A stretch of DNA of 64,000 nt from a bacterium (GCA_965261085.1 OZ253442.1:1984001-2048000), one strand, 5' to 3'; positions 39,486-48,749 are shown, counted from the stretch's first letter. Notes: a model not told the origin generated them from the letters alone. A program made the numbers and translations.

Positions 39486-41468
39486 ATGCTGACTGTCATC
39501 AAGTCTGTGAATACCGTAAAGCTGGCCATTGCAGGGGTTGGAAATTGTGCGAGCTCGTTGGTTCAGGGCATTGCGCATTATAGGAAGGGCCGCGTCGAGG
39601 TCCTGCCCGGTCTGATGCACCCCTATATCGGGGGCTGGGGCCCGGGTGATCTGGAGGTCGTGGCCGCCTTTGACGTCGACCGCCGAAAGGTCGGGCGACC
39701 CCTGGAGGAGGCGATCTTCGCCAAGCCCAATTGCACGATGGTCTTCGAGGATGAGCTTCCCTCATCGGGCGTCGTGGTCCAGATGGGACCCGTTCTCGAC
39801 GGCGTTGCGCCACACATGGCGGATTATCCCGATGACGAGGCATTCCGTCCGGCCGATGCCGATCCGGTTGATATCGCGGATGTCTTTAAGCGAACCGGCG
39901 CGGAGGTGCTGGTCTGCTACCTGCCGGTCGGCTCGGAGCAGGCGGCGCTGCATTACGCCCAGGCCTGCCTCGACACGGGCGTTGCCATGGTGAACTGCAT
40001 ACCCGTGTTCATCGCCTCAAATCCCAGCTGGGCGGAGAAGTTCAAGATCGCTGGGGTGCCAATCGTGGGCGACGACATCAAGAGCCAAGTCGGCGCCACG
40101 ATCGCACATCGGCTCTTGACACGTCTGTTCGGCGACCGCGGTTACACCCTGGACCGCACCTATCAACTGAACACCGGCGGCAACACCGACTTCCTCAACA
40201 TGAAGGCCCTGGACCGGCTGACATCGAAGAAGGTGTCCAAGACGGAATCCGTTCAATCGCAACTCGATGTGCGCCTCGGCGGGCGCGACATCCATATCGG
40301 CCCGTCAGACTACGTGCCCTGGCAAGGCGACAACAAAGTCGCCTTTATCCGCATGGAAGGACGCGGGTTTGGCAGCGCTCCCATCGAGATCGAGATGCGC
40401 CTCTCGGTCCAGGATTCGCCCAACAGCGCCGGCGTCGTCATCGACGCCGTCCGCTGCGCCAGGCTCGGCATGGTGCGGGGTATGGCGGGTCCGCTGGAAG
40501 CGCCGTCTTCCTATTACATGAAATCGCCGCCGGTCCAGATGCGCGATTCCGTCGCCCGCGACTTGTGTGACGCGTTCATCGAAGAAGGGCGCGCCGAAGC
40601 ACCGGCGGCCCGAATCGTGAAGTCGGCGGCGGAGCAGACGCGTGTTTCAACCACGGTGGGGGAGCCTGGTGACATGACCGGAGAGGAGGCGAGCGCCGGC
40701 ATGTCCGGGCATTTCGCCAGGGTGGCGGAGGTCTACGGCACGGTCCGGACCACCGATCGGGACCCGGTACACTATATTCGCGATGCCCTGGCCGATCGGG
40801 CAAACGTGCGCGCGGCCGATATCGGATGCGGCGACGGGCGCTACGACAGGCTGCTGTTCGACCATATACCCAACCTGCACCTCGTCTGCGTGGATTCCAG
40901 CGCGCCGATGCTGGAACGACTCTTCGATTGCCTCGCTGAGGCGCGCATCGACAATTTCGTGACCCGGTTGTCCGGCGTCAACGACTTGGCGCTCGAGGAC
41001 GATTCCCTGGACGCCATCCTCACCTTCAATGCGGTGCACCATTTCAACGTTCCCGCCTTTCTGGCCAAAGCCCGGCGCGCGCTCAGAGACGCCGGCCGCC
41101 TGTTCATCTATACACGCACGCCCGAACAGAACGCGGGCACCCTATGGGGGCGTTTCTTCCCGCGCTTCACCGAGAAGGAATCGCGGCTCCACACTATCAA
41201 AAGCATGGAAGCATGGATCGCCGGGACACCCGGCCTCGAAATGGTCGAGGCGAGAGTGTTTAGATATGCCCGGACGGCAAGCCTGGACCGCCTGTTCGAA
41301 CAAATGCGGAGCCGGCACTACTCGACCTTTTCGCTCTATGACGAGCGGGAGTTCGAGGAAGCATGTCGTGGTTTCGACGAACGAATCCGCGACGCGTTCG
41401 ATGATCTCGAGGCCATTCGATGGTACGACGAGAACATCATGCTGCACCTGGTTAGAATCGAGGTCTGA
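39486..41468 (+). CDS. Inositol-3-phosphate synthase (Ino1) fused to class I SAM methyltransferase
   Basis: GVGNCASS, GDDIKSQVGAT, GGNTDFLNM, DSPNSAG; then DIGCGDGRY SAM motif I. Confidence 0.88.
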   Translation: MLTVIKSVNTVKLAIAGVGNCASSLVQGIAHYRKGRVEVLPGLMHPYIGGWGPGDLEVVAAFDVDRRKVGRPLEEAIFAKPNCTMVFEDELPSSGVVVQMGPVLDGVAPHMADYPDDEAFRPADADPVDIADVFKRTGAEVLVCYLPVGSEQAALHYAQACLDTGVAMVNCIPVFIASNPSWAEKFKIAGVPIVGDDIKSQVGATIAHRLLTRLFGDRGYTLDRTYQLNTGGNTDFLNMKALDRLTSKKVSKTESVQSQLDVRLGGRDIHIGPSDYVPWQGDNKVAFIRMEGRGFGSAPIEIEMRLSVQDSPNSAGVVIDAVRCARLGMVRGMAGPLEAPSSYYMKSPPVQMRDSVARDLCDAFIEEGRAEAPAARIVKSAAEQTRVSTTVGEPGDMTGEEASAGMSGHFARVAEVYGTVRTTDRDPVHYIRDALADRANVRAADIGCGDGRYDRLLFDHIPNLHLVCVDSSAPMLERLFDCLAEARIDNFVTRLSGVNDLALEDDSLDAILTFNAVHHFNVPAFLAKARRALRDAGRLFIYTRTPEQNAGTLWGRFFPRFTEKESRLHTIKSMEAWIAGTPGLEMVEARVFRYARTASLDRLFEQMRSRHYSTFSLYDEREFEEACRGFDERIRDAFDDLEAIRWYDENIMLHLVRIEV

Positions 41469-41475
41469 CCGGCCC

Positions 41476-41715
41476 CTGTCCGGGACACGGCTCGCGCTGG
41501 GCTTTTCCTTCATGGGCGTCGTAGCCGCGGAGATGCTGGCCGCGGACAAGGGCATCGGCTTCCTCATCATGCAGAGCACGAACATCATCGCGCCCGCTGA
41601 GATGTTTGTCGGATTTTTTATGCTGGGCTCGTTCGGCCTCATCACCGACCAACTCTTCCGAATGACCATCCACAGGCTCATGCGACGTTATATGATTTCC
41701 ATGACGCACGAATGA
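41476..41715 (+). pseudogene. C-terminal fragment of SsuC/TauC-type ABC permease
   Basis: LSGTRLALGFSFMGVVAAEM...GIGFLI; no N-terminal half. Confidence 0.7.
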
Positions 41716-41746
41716 GACAGGGGTCCGATCAGTGTAGTCGAACAAC

Positions 41747-42020
41747 AATAATTGCGGATGGCCTGGAAAAACCGCTGGATTTCCAGGTTGTTTCGCCCTG
41801 GAAAAATCGCCGGTTTTCGGGGGTTTTCGGGCCGAAAAACGCTCTTTAAAAGCGGCATCGCGCGCCCTGAAGCGGGCATTTAATCCCCTCGGCATTTGAA
41901 ATACGCCCCGCATGGGCCGAGGCCCCCCTAGCCGTCGGGTTGAGGGTCGCGGCAGGAGACGGCGAGCTCGACGAGCGCCATGGCGTGGGCCTGCGCTTTC
42001 GAGACGGGATTCGGCCAGCC
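41747..42020. repeat. Direct repeat copy 2
   Basis: Matches 38973-39255 with a 9-bp deletion and few substitutions. Confidence 0.92.
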
Positions 42021-42108
42021 CCCGGTCCCAGAAGAGGGCGTCCCCCGCCTCGACGCTCAGCGCGTCGAAGGCGCGCTTGGTAATTTTGAGTTCGCTTCTT
42101 TTGGGCAT
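42021..42108 (-). pseudogene. Tyrosine integrase N-terminal arm-binding fragment
   Basis: MPKRSELKITKRAFDALSVEAGDALFWDR, truncated at repeat copy 2. Confidence 0.7.
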
Positions 42109-42310
42109 AGACCTGCCCGGAAAAATCCGTAATCAAAACGCATACGAGCGGCATCAATCCGAGGCGTATTAAAGCATAAGTATGGCGAAAATACAAGAGA
42201 GAATTGAATCGAAATTATCAGAAATAACTGAATATAAACAGATAGTTATCGTATGAAGAGGCGTTCAGTCGTACGATTGGCAAACAGACGGATTTGTTAC
42301 AATGTCTCAG

Positions 42311-42404
42311 CTCCCTCATCAGTCGCGACAAACCCTCCCTCATCGGTCGGGTCTGACCTCCCTCATCGGTCGGGTCTGACCTCCTGCATTGGTCGAGATT
42401 GACC
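42311..42404 (+). repeat. Four tandem ~23-bp units related to the 7-13-7 motif
   Basis: CTCCCTCATCGGTCGGGTCTGAC x2 exact plus two degenerate flanking units. Confidence 0.85.
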
Positions 42405-42483
42405 ACCGTGAGGAGGTGAGGCGTACTCATCGACTCAGGCGTGACAAGGAAATATGAAAATAATCCAATTTCCTGAAAATATC

Positions 42484-42512
42484 GATAAATTCACGGGGTT
42501 TTTCGATAAATT
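42484..42512. repeat. 29-bp AT-rich box, inverted copy at 47637-47665
   Basis: GATAAATTCACGGGGTTTTTCGATAAATT is the perfect reverse complement of 47637-47665. Confidence 0.9.
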
Positions 42513-42577
42513 GATTGGATGATATGATACTTGAATTATATATTGTAAATCATTGATATAGCTGGATATATAACTTT

Positions 42578-43453
42578 TTATCTGGATGCGGAATTCACGA
42601 GATAGATGCCCGATGAGATAAGAACAGCTCCCCCGAGCATGAGCAGCGTCAGGGGTTCCGCGAGCAGCAAAGCGCCCATCAAAACCCCGAATACGGGGGT
42701 CAAGAACATGAACACGCCCACGCGGCTCGCCGGGTAGTCCGTCAGCAGCCACAGCCAGGGAATCATGGCAAAGCCCGTGCCGATGAGGCCGCTATAGCCC
42801 ACCCCGGTGAGCACGTTCGTATCCGTGAGATCGGGCCAGGGCTCGCCCCGAAGCGAGGCGATGAGAAAGAACGGGAGCACGGCCAGAAGCTGGGTCCAGG
42901 CGGTGATTCTGAAGGCGTCGAAACTCCTCAGCCTCAATTTCAGGAAAATCGACTGCACCGCCCACACAACAGCCGCCAGGACGACGATGGCGTCCCCGTA
43001 CCAGGTGGAACCGCCGGCCGAGGAGAGCTTGTCGCCAAAGAGAAACACCATGCCCAGACTCGCGGCCATGAAGCCGAAAACCGCACGGACACCCACCCTC
43101 TCATGGGGCAGAATCCACGCCGCGAGCGCCGTCAGCAACAGGGGCTGGACGTATAGGAACAACGAGGCGCGCCCCGCTGTGGTGTGGTTCACCCCGTGAT
43201 AGTAGGTGATGAACATGATGTTGTGCAGGCAGGCGTTGATCCAGAAATCGCGATTCTCCTTCCCGCCGCCCGGGTGCGGAGGCAGAACCGGCATTTTTCG
43301 GATAAACATGATCAGAAAAACGCTCGACGCCGAGATGAGGCCCCGGAGCCAGAGGAACGTAAAAGGCTCCACGCCGCGCAGGCCTATCTTGGCCGCCGGA
43401 AAGCTCAGGCCCCACAGAAAAGTGACGGTGAAAATCAAAACGAAAAATCGCAA
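42578..43453 (-). CDS. DMT/EamA transporter
   Basis: LWGLSF, two EamA repeats, FLTPVFG. Confidence 0.9.
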   Translation of the reverse strand: MRFFVLIFTVTFLWGLSFPAAKIGLRGVEPFTFLWLRGLISASSVFLIMFIRKMPVLPPHPGGGKENRDFWINACLHNIMFITYYHGVNHTTAGRASLFLYVQPLLLTALAAWILPHERVGVRAVFGFMAASLGMVFLFGDKLSSAGGSTWYGDAIVVLAAVVWAVQSIFLKLRLRSFDAFRITAWTQLLAVLPFFLIASLRGEPWPDLTDTNVLTGVGYSGLIGTGFAMIPWLWLLTDYPASRVGVFMFLTPVFGVLMGALLLAEPLTLLMLGGAVLISSGIYLVNSASR

Positions 43454-43530
43454 TTCCTGCCTGTTCCTTCAGCAAATCCGCTCTATACCGGGTATCGAAC
43501 AGCGGGTGAAATTCGGGGAAAGCGCCGCCT

Positions 43531-44154
43531 TTAGCTGTCGGACTCTTTTTTCTTCGGAAACGGCTCCAGGTCCTTCAAATCCACTTTTTGCTCCAGTTCG
43601 TCGTGACAGGCATCGCAGCGCGGCTGCGCCGTGGCCGCCACCATGAACCCTTTCGCCCTCTCGCCGTCAAGCCGGTGGCCGTTGTGGCACTGCACGCAGT
43701 TCGCCTTTAACTCCGCGTGGTCTGAAATGGCGTGAAAGGCGTCATCGGCCAGTTCCAGAAGACGCTCCTCTTCATGACACTTCACACAGTCATTATCGAG
43801 AATAGGATGGAAAACGCGCGAGGGCTGCTCATAATCGCCAATAATGAATTTATACAGATCCTTGTTCGCCAGAATCGTCGTGCGAATCATGCCCGTGATG
43901 CCCTCTTCCCCGTGACAGGAGATGCACCGCACGTCGCCCACGCTCTTATGCCATCCGCCCAGCGTCTGCACCGCGTTCTTCACGCGCGCGCCGTCATCGA
44001 GATAATCCTGATGATCCTGTAAGTGACACGCCGTGCAAAAAGGATCGTAGGACTCCACGGCGCGAATCCCGTACAACCCGCCGACCCCGGCCAAGGGGGA
44101 TAAGACAATGATCAGAATCAACCATTTCCACCATCGCCCCCAAAATCTTCGCAT
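43531..44154 (-). CDS. Membrane-anchored pentahaem cytochrome c (NapC/NirT-like N-terminus)
   Basis: N-terminal TM; CTACH, CISCH, CVKCH, CVQCH, CDACH. Confidence 0.88.
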   Translation of the reverse strand: MRRFWGRWWKWLILIIVLSPLAGVGGLYGIRAVESYDPFCTACHLQDHQDYLDDGARVKNAVQTLGGWHKSVGDVRCISCHGEEGITGMIRTTILANKDLYKFIIGDYEQPSRVFHPILDNDCVKCHEEERLLELADDAFHAISDHAELKANCVQCHNGHRLDGERAKGFMVAATAQPRCDACHDELEQKVDLKDLEPFPKKKESDS

Positions 44155-44300
44155 TTAGGTTCTCCTTGGCCATCACATGCTAACACCGCCACTCCCCACT
44201 CACCAGGATATAGAACCGCCATCCCATTTTCTGCGTGTTAGATCTTCCTCATTATAGCGCGATTTGCTAGGATGGCTCTTGATGATAGGAGGTTGATCCG

Positions 44301-44663
44301 ATGGCGAGAACAAGATTCAGCGCGAACAAACGCCGCCCGGGGCGCAGGAGCGCTCCCAAGCCGGCCGCCCTTACCGGAGAAAGCGCGAAACAGATCGCCG
44401 CGCGCCTGAAATCCTCTGCGAGCGTGGGCAAGAACGCGCAGGACTACCGGCGCAAATCGCTTGAAATTCACGGCTGGTTCTGTGCGAAATGCGGCCGGGA
44501 TTTCGATGAAAACAACCTCCATATCTTGACGGTTCACCACCGTGACGGTGACCACAAAAACAATCCGCCGGACGGGAGCAACTGGGAGAATCTGTGTGGG
44601 GAATGCCACGAGGATGAACACTCCCGCGACATGCTTGGCCGTTATCTGAGCGATGACAGTTAA
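44301..44663 (+). CDS. yajD: YajD-family HNH nuclease
   Basis: CAKCGR, LTVHHRDGDHKNNPPDGSNWENLC..CH. Confidence 0.85.
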   Translation: MARTRFSANKRRPGRRSAPKPAALTGESAKQIAARLKSSASVGKNAQDYRRKSLEIHGWFCAKCGRDFDENNLHILTVHHRDGDHKNNPPDGSNWENLCGECHEDEHSRDMLGRYLSDDS

Positions 44664-44684
44664 TAATCTAAAACACCCACCATC

Positions 44685-45971
44685 ATGATATTGTCGGTTA
44701 AGCCAACCATCGCAAAAGGAACCACCAGCGTACCCGGTTCGAAATCCCATTCCATCCGCGCCGTCGCGTTCGCATCCCTGGCTTCCGGGAAAAGCGTGAT
44801 ATCAAACCCCCTGGATTCAGAGGACGGCCTCTCGGCGGCCAGCGTCTACGCGAGCTTTGGCGCTAAAATACACAAGGAAAATGAGGTCTGGTCCGTGGAG
44901 GGTTTCGGCGCCCGGCCCAATGCGCCTCAAGGAATTCTCGACGTGGGAAATTCAGGGACCACCTGCCGGATGGCGCTCGGCACCGCCGCGCTCATACGGG
45001 AGGGCGAAGCTTGTTTCGATGGCGATCCCCAGACCAGAAAACGCCCGATGGGGCCATTGCTCGATGCCCTCCAAAACCTGGGCGCAAAGACGCAATACGG
45101 CGGCGGCTTCCTGCCCGTCACGGTGGGCGGCCCGTGGCGCGGCGGCCGGACGAAAGTGGACGGGACGACCAGTCAGTTTACGTCCTCCTTGTTGTTGAAC
45201 GCACCTTTCGGCGAGGAGACAACCATCATCGAGCCGATTGATCTGAACGAGCGCCCATACGTCGAGATGACGCTGTGGTGGCTTGATCGTCTGGGCTTAC
45301 GATACGAGCGCGATGAATACCGCAGCTTCATGGTTCCGGGCGGACAGACGCTCTCTAGATTCGAAGTTACCGTCCCCGCCGATTGGAGTTCCGCCGCCTT
45401 TCTCGTGGCCGCAGGCGCGCTGCCGGGTGGTGACGTAACGCTCGAGGGGCTGGATCTCAACGACTCTCAAGGGGATAAGGAGATTCTCAGATTCGTCGAG
45501 GAAATGGGCGCTGATGTTCTCGTCACAGAGACCAGCGTCCGAATACGCGGAAAAGCGCTGCGCGGAGGTGAATTCGACTTAAACGCCACGCCCGATCTGC
45601 TGCCAGTCATGGCCGTGCTCGGTGCGTTCGCAGATGGGGAGACCAGACTCCTCAACACGCCCCAGGCCCGCATCAAGGAAACGGATAGAATCTCCGCCAT
45701 GCGCGAAGTGCTCGAAACGTTGGGCGGTGAGGCGAGAGAACTGACGGATGGCATCATTATTAAGGGTGGCGGATTGAAGGGCGGGGCTGTTCATGGTTTC
45801 GGCGATCACCGCGTCGTCATGTCCGCAGCCATTGCCGGGCTCGCCGCCCCGGAGGGAGTATCGGTCGACACGGCGGAGGCGATGGCGGTAACATTTCCTG
45901 ATTTTTGCGAACGCATGGCGTCACTGGGCGCCGATATACAGACGAAGGATTCATTCGATGCCAATCTATGA
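44685..45971 (+). CDS. aroA: 3-phosphoshikimate 1-carboxyvinyltransferase
   Basis: PGSKS, VGNSGT, SQF, RIKETDRI, DHRVVM. Confidence 0.96.
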   Translation: MILSVKPTIAKGTTSVPGSKSHSIRAVAFASLASGKSVISNPLDSEDGLSAASVYASFGAKIHKENEVWSVEGFGARPNAPQGILDVGNSGTTCRMALGTAALIREGEACFDGDPQTRKRPMGPLLDALQNLGAKTQYGGGFLPVTVGGPWRGGRTKVDGTTSQFTSSLLLNAPFGEETTIIEPIDLNERPYVEMTLWWLDRLGLRYERDEYRSFMVPGGQTLSRFEVTVPADWSSAAFLVAAGALPGGDVTLEGLDLNDSQGDKEILRFVEEMGADVLVTETSVRIRGKALRGGEFDLNATPDLLPVMAVLGAFADGETRLLNTPQARIKETDRISAMREVLETLGGEARELTDGIIIKGGGLKGGAVHGFGDHRVVMSAAIAGLAAPEGVSVDTAEAMAVTFPDFCERMASLGADIQTKDSFDANL

Positions 45972-46290
45972 GTATGAGTGCAAGGAGTGCGGCTTTATTT
46001 CCGGCCATCTGGTGATGAAGCCGGCGGACAGGAGAAAACTCACCTGCCGCTCCTGCGGAAACAAAAAACTCAGAAAAATCATGTCGCGCTTTTCTTCTCA
46101 CCAGACCGAAGCCCAGCGGCTCGAATCGTTCGACCCATCGAAGCCGCAGGACGGTTCTTTCTACAAGGACGATCGCAACATCGGGCTCTGGGCCCAAAAA
46201 CGCGCCCAGCAGCTGGGCGTCGACCTTGGCGATTCTTTCGGTGAAACCCTGGAAAAGGGACGCTCGAAGAAAATTCTCGATAACCTATGA
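45958..46290 (+). CDS. FmdB-family Zn-ribbon protein
   Basis: MPIYEYECKECG...CRSCG. Confidence 0.85.
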   Translation: MPIYEYECKECGFISGHLVMKPADRRKLTCRSCGNKKLRKIMSRFSSHQTEAQRLESFDPSKPQDGSFYKDDRNIGLWAQKRAQQLGVDLGDSFGETLEKGRSKKILDNL

Positions 46291-46294
46291 GGTC

Positions 46295-46978
46295 ATGTTG
46301 ACCCTCGAAATTAAGATGAGCGAGGCGCTTCGCGCCGAGGCGGTGCCGCTTTGGGAAACAATCCATGAGCATTCCTTCGTTCGGGGCCTCGGTGAAGGCA
46401 CCCTGCCTCTTGCGCAATTTCGCTTCTATATGTGCCAGGACTACATTTTCTTGAAGGAATACAGCCGCGTCATCGCCCTGGCCGTCGTGAAAGCCCCCGA
46501 ACTGGCGGATATGGGGCGTTTCGCCGACCTGCTGAACGCCACGCTGAACACGGAGATGGAACTCCACCGGAGTTTTGCGGCGAAATTCGGCATATCAACC
46601 GCAGAGATTGAGGCGACAAAGCCCGCCCCCACGTGCAAGGGATACACCGATTTCCTGCTCGAGGCGGCCTATTCGGGCACGTTCGGGGAAATCGCCGCCG
46701 CCATGCTACCCTGCCAATGGGACTACGCCATCATCGGCGAGTTGCTCGCCTCCAAGGGGGTCCCTGAAAACGCGCCGCTCCACGCCGAGTGGATAGAGAC
46801 TTACGCGTCCGATGAATTCGCTCAACTCGCCCGCTGGCTGCGCGAAATGCTCGACCAAGCCGCATCGACCGCCAGCCCCGCCGAGCGTGAGCGCATGCGC
46901 GCGCACTTTCTGATGGGCACGCGATATGAATACCTCTTCTGGGATATGAGTTGGAACATGGAAGAGTGGCCCCTATAG
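46295..46978 (+). CDS. tenA: Thiaminase II
   Basis: YMCQDYIFL, PC, WIETY, EYLFW. Confidence 0.9.
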   Translation: MLTLEIKMSEALRAEAVPLWETIHEHSFVRGLGEGTLPLAQFRFYMCQDYIFLKEYSRVIALAVVKAPELADMGRFADLLNATLNTEMELHRSFAAKFGISTAEIEATKPAPTCKGYTDFLLEAAYSGTFGEIAAAMLPCQWDYAIIGELLASKGVPENAPLHAEWIETYASDEFAQLARWLREMLDQAASTASPAERERMRAHFLMGTRYEYLFWDMSWNMEEWPL

Positions 46979-46999
46979 CCCAAGCCGGATAGAGCCGAT

Positions 47000-47536
47000 A
47001 TGTCCCCCAGAACGCGAAAAGACATCCCCAACCCCAAACGGTGCACATGGGCCGAGGGCGACCCGATGATGGAGAAATACCATGACGAGGAATGGGGGTT
47101 TCCCGTCCGAACGACCCGGAAACATTTTGAACAACTGACGCTCGAAATCTTTCAGGCGGGCCTCTCCTGGCGAACCATCCTCCATAAGCGCGCGGAGTTC
47201 AGAAAGGAATTTTTGCGATTCTCACCCGAGAAGGTCGCCCTCTTCACCGAGAAGGATATTAGACGCATTCTCGGGAACACCGGCGTCGTGCGGAACCGAA
47301 AGAAAATCGAGGCGACCATCGAGAACGCCAAAAGATTCCTGGCCATCCAGAAAAAACATGGCTCGTTCAACCGCTACCTCGCCTCCCTGCCGGACGATCT
47401 ACCATCGTTACAAAAGATATTCCGCGAGGAATTCACCTTCATGGGACCCAAGATCGCAGAAGCCTATCTCGAAAGCGTGGGGAAGATACCCGAACTCCAC
47501 GATCCGCGCTGCTGGCGGAATAAAACAAATAGATAA
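47000..47536 (+). CDS. tag: DNA-3-methyladenine glycosylase I
   Basis: RCTW, YHDEEWG, FQAGLSW, RNRKKIEA. Confidence 0.93.
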   Translation: MSPRTRKDIPNPKRCTWAEGDPMMEKYHDEEWGFPVRTTRKHFEQLTLEIFQAGLSWRTILHKRAEFRKEFLRFSPEKVALFTEKDIRRILGNTGVVRNRKKIEATIENAKRFLAIQKKHGSFNRYLASLPDDLPSLQKIFREEFTFMGPKIAEAYLESVGKIPELHDPRCWRNKTNR

Positions 47537-47636
47537 CCATTTATATATCAATAAATTACATATTTGTTACTAAAGTGTATTATCATATCTGTTCACCCGT
47601 TCGTCTCTCCTCTTTTGCTTTCAGAAATACCCCGTT

Positions 47637-47665
47637 AATTTATCGAAAAACCCCGTGAATTTATC
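47637..47665. repeat. Inverted copy of the 42484-42512 box
   Basis: Perfect 29-bp reverse complement. Confidence 0.9.
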
Positions 47666-47869
47666 TAAATTTATCGAATTGTTCAGTTCATACCTGAGCG
47701 GTATGTGAGAGTTTGCGCTTCTCCTAAGAAGGCAAGATCGCGCCACTGAAGCCGAATCGCCCGTTTCATTTTCTCCCTCCTTCAATCGATGAGAACACTC
47801 TCTTTTCCCGAGCGGAATTCTCGCCTGGCTGGACCAAAACCCCGTGACGGCAAATGCGGGAAAATGCGT

Positions 47870-47921
47870 GATCAATACCGAGCGGGGAGGGAGGGATAGC
47901 CGAGCGGGGAGTGAGGGATTG
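47870..47921 (-). repeat. 7-13-7 motif copy with 22-bp tandem duplication
   Basis: CAATACC-N13-GGGATAG; units CCGAGCGGGGAGGGAGGGATAG / CCGAGCGGGGAGTGAGGGATTG. Confidence 0.75.
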
Positions 47922-48111
47922 CCGACCAAGTGGAGTGGGACACTCTCGCCCGAAGAGAAGAGTATGCGACCGGCGAGAGAGGGTGCCGCTTTCCTCCTGA
48001 GAGGACCTGCGCCATGCGGGAGATCCCGACGGCGGACTTCCAGCGGTGTTCAGGTCGGGAGTTTGTCGTCATCGACGCGCGGGGACGGGGAGGATGGGCC
48101 GAAAGTTCTCT

Positions 48112-48495
48112 TCAGGCCGTCTCGATATCGGTCTGAGCGAAGTCTTCGCCCTTGAACAGGAGCGGCTCGCCGGTGAGGTCCGCGAGGGCGTATGCGAAGC
48201 AATCGCCCAGATTCAGCCTCGCCGGATGATTCCCCCTTCCGAAGCGCCGCCAAGCGCGCCGGGCGGCCTGCGCCTGCTCCACCGTGACGGGTGCGAGTTC
48301 GATTCCCGCCGTTTCGATAAACGCATCGAGTTCCTCGCCCGCCGCCGCGCCGCCTCTGCCTTCGAGCACCATCGCCGCCTCGAGCAGCCCGACGACCGAC
48401 ATGCGGCAGTGGCCCTGCGCTATCGCCTTCTCGTAGCGCTCCGCGTCCGGCTCGCCGAACAGGACGGCCAGAAGAGCCGACGTATCGACAATCAT
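48112..48495 (-). CDS. vapC: VapC PIN-domain toxin
   Basis: MIVDTSAL, LNLGDCFAYALA, LLFKGEDF. Confidence 0.93.
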   Translation of the reverse strand: MIVDTSALLAVLFGEPDAERYEKAIAQGHCRMSVVGLLEAAMVLEGRGGAAAGEELDAFIETAGIELAPVTVEQAQAARRAWRRFGRGNHPARLNLGDCFAYALADLTGEPLLFKGEDFAQTDIETA

Positions 48496-48749
48496 CTGGG
48501 CAGTCCCCGCTCGTCATAGAGCGCATCGCCGTGTTCGACGGCGGAGGGCCCCTGCCCGACCAGCCCGGCGCAGCGCCGCCCGATGGCGTGAAGTTCGCGG
48601 GCCAGGGCGTCCGCATCGCGCCGGCGTTTTTCCCGAGCGAGGCGCTCGCGCAGCGCAAGCGTGATGGCGCCCGTCTTGCTCTCTCCCGTCAGACGGGCGA
48701 GTTCGCCCGCGAGCCGGCAGGTTTCCTCGTTCTTGATGTTGAGGCCCAT
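48492..48749 (-). CDS. vapB: VapB antitoxin (Rv0623/PSK-like)
   Basis: LNIKNEE, LARLTGES, LYDERGLP. Confidence 0.9.
   Translation of the reverse strand: MGLNIKNEETCRLAGELARLTGESKTGAITLALRERLAREKRRRDADALARELHAIGRRCAGLVGQGPSAVEHGDALYDERGLPR

Noticed and set aside
42311-42404. CRISPR array
   Set aside because: Units are directly adjacent with no unique spacers, and there are no cas genes in the window
46226-46300. TPP riboswitch upstream of tenA (and B12 riboswitch upstream of hcmB)
   Set aside because: No intergenic room for tenA, and no recognisable conserved aptamer motifs in either place
48013-48100. Possible Phd/YefM antitoxin remnant (MREIPTADFQR...)
   Set aside because: Weak resemblance only, no toxin partner
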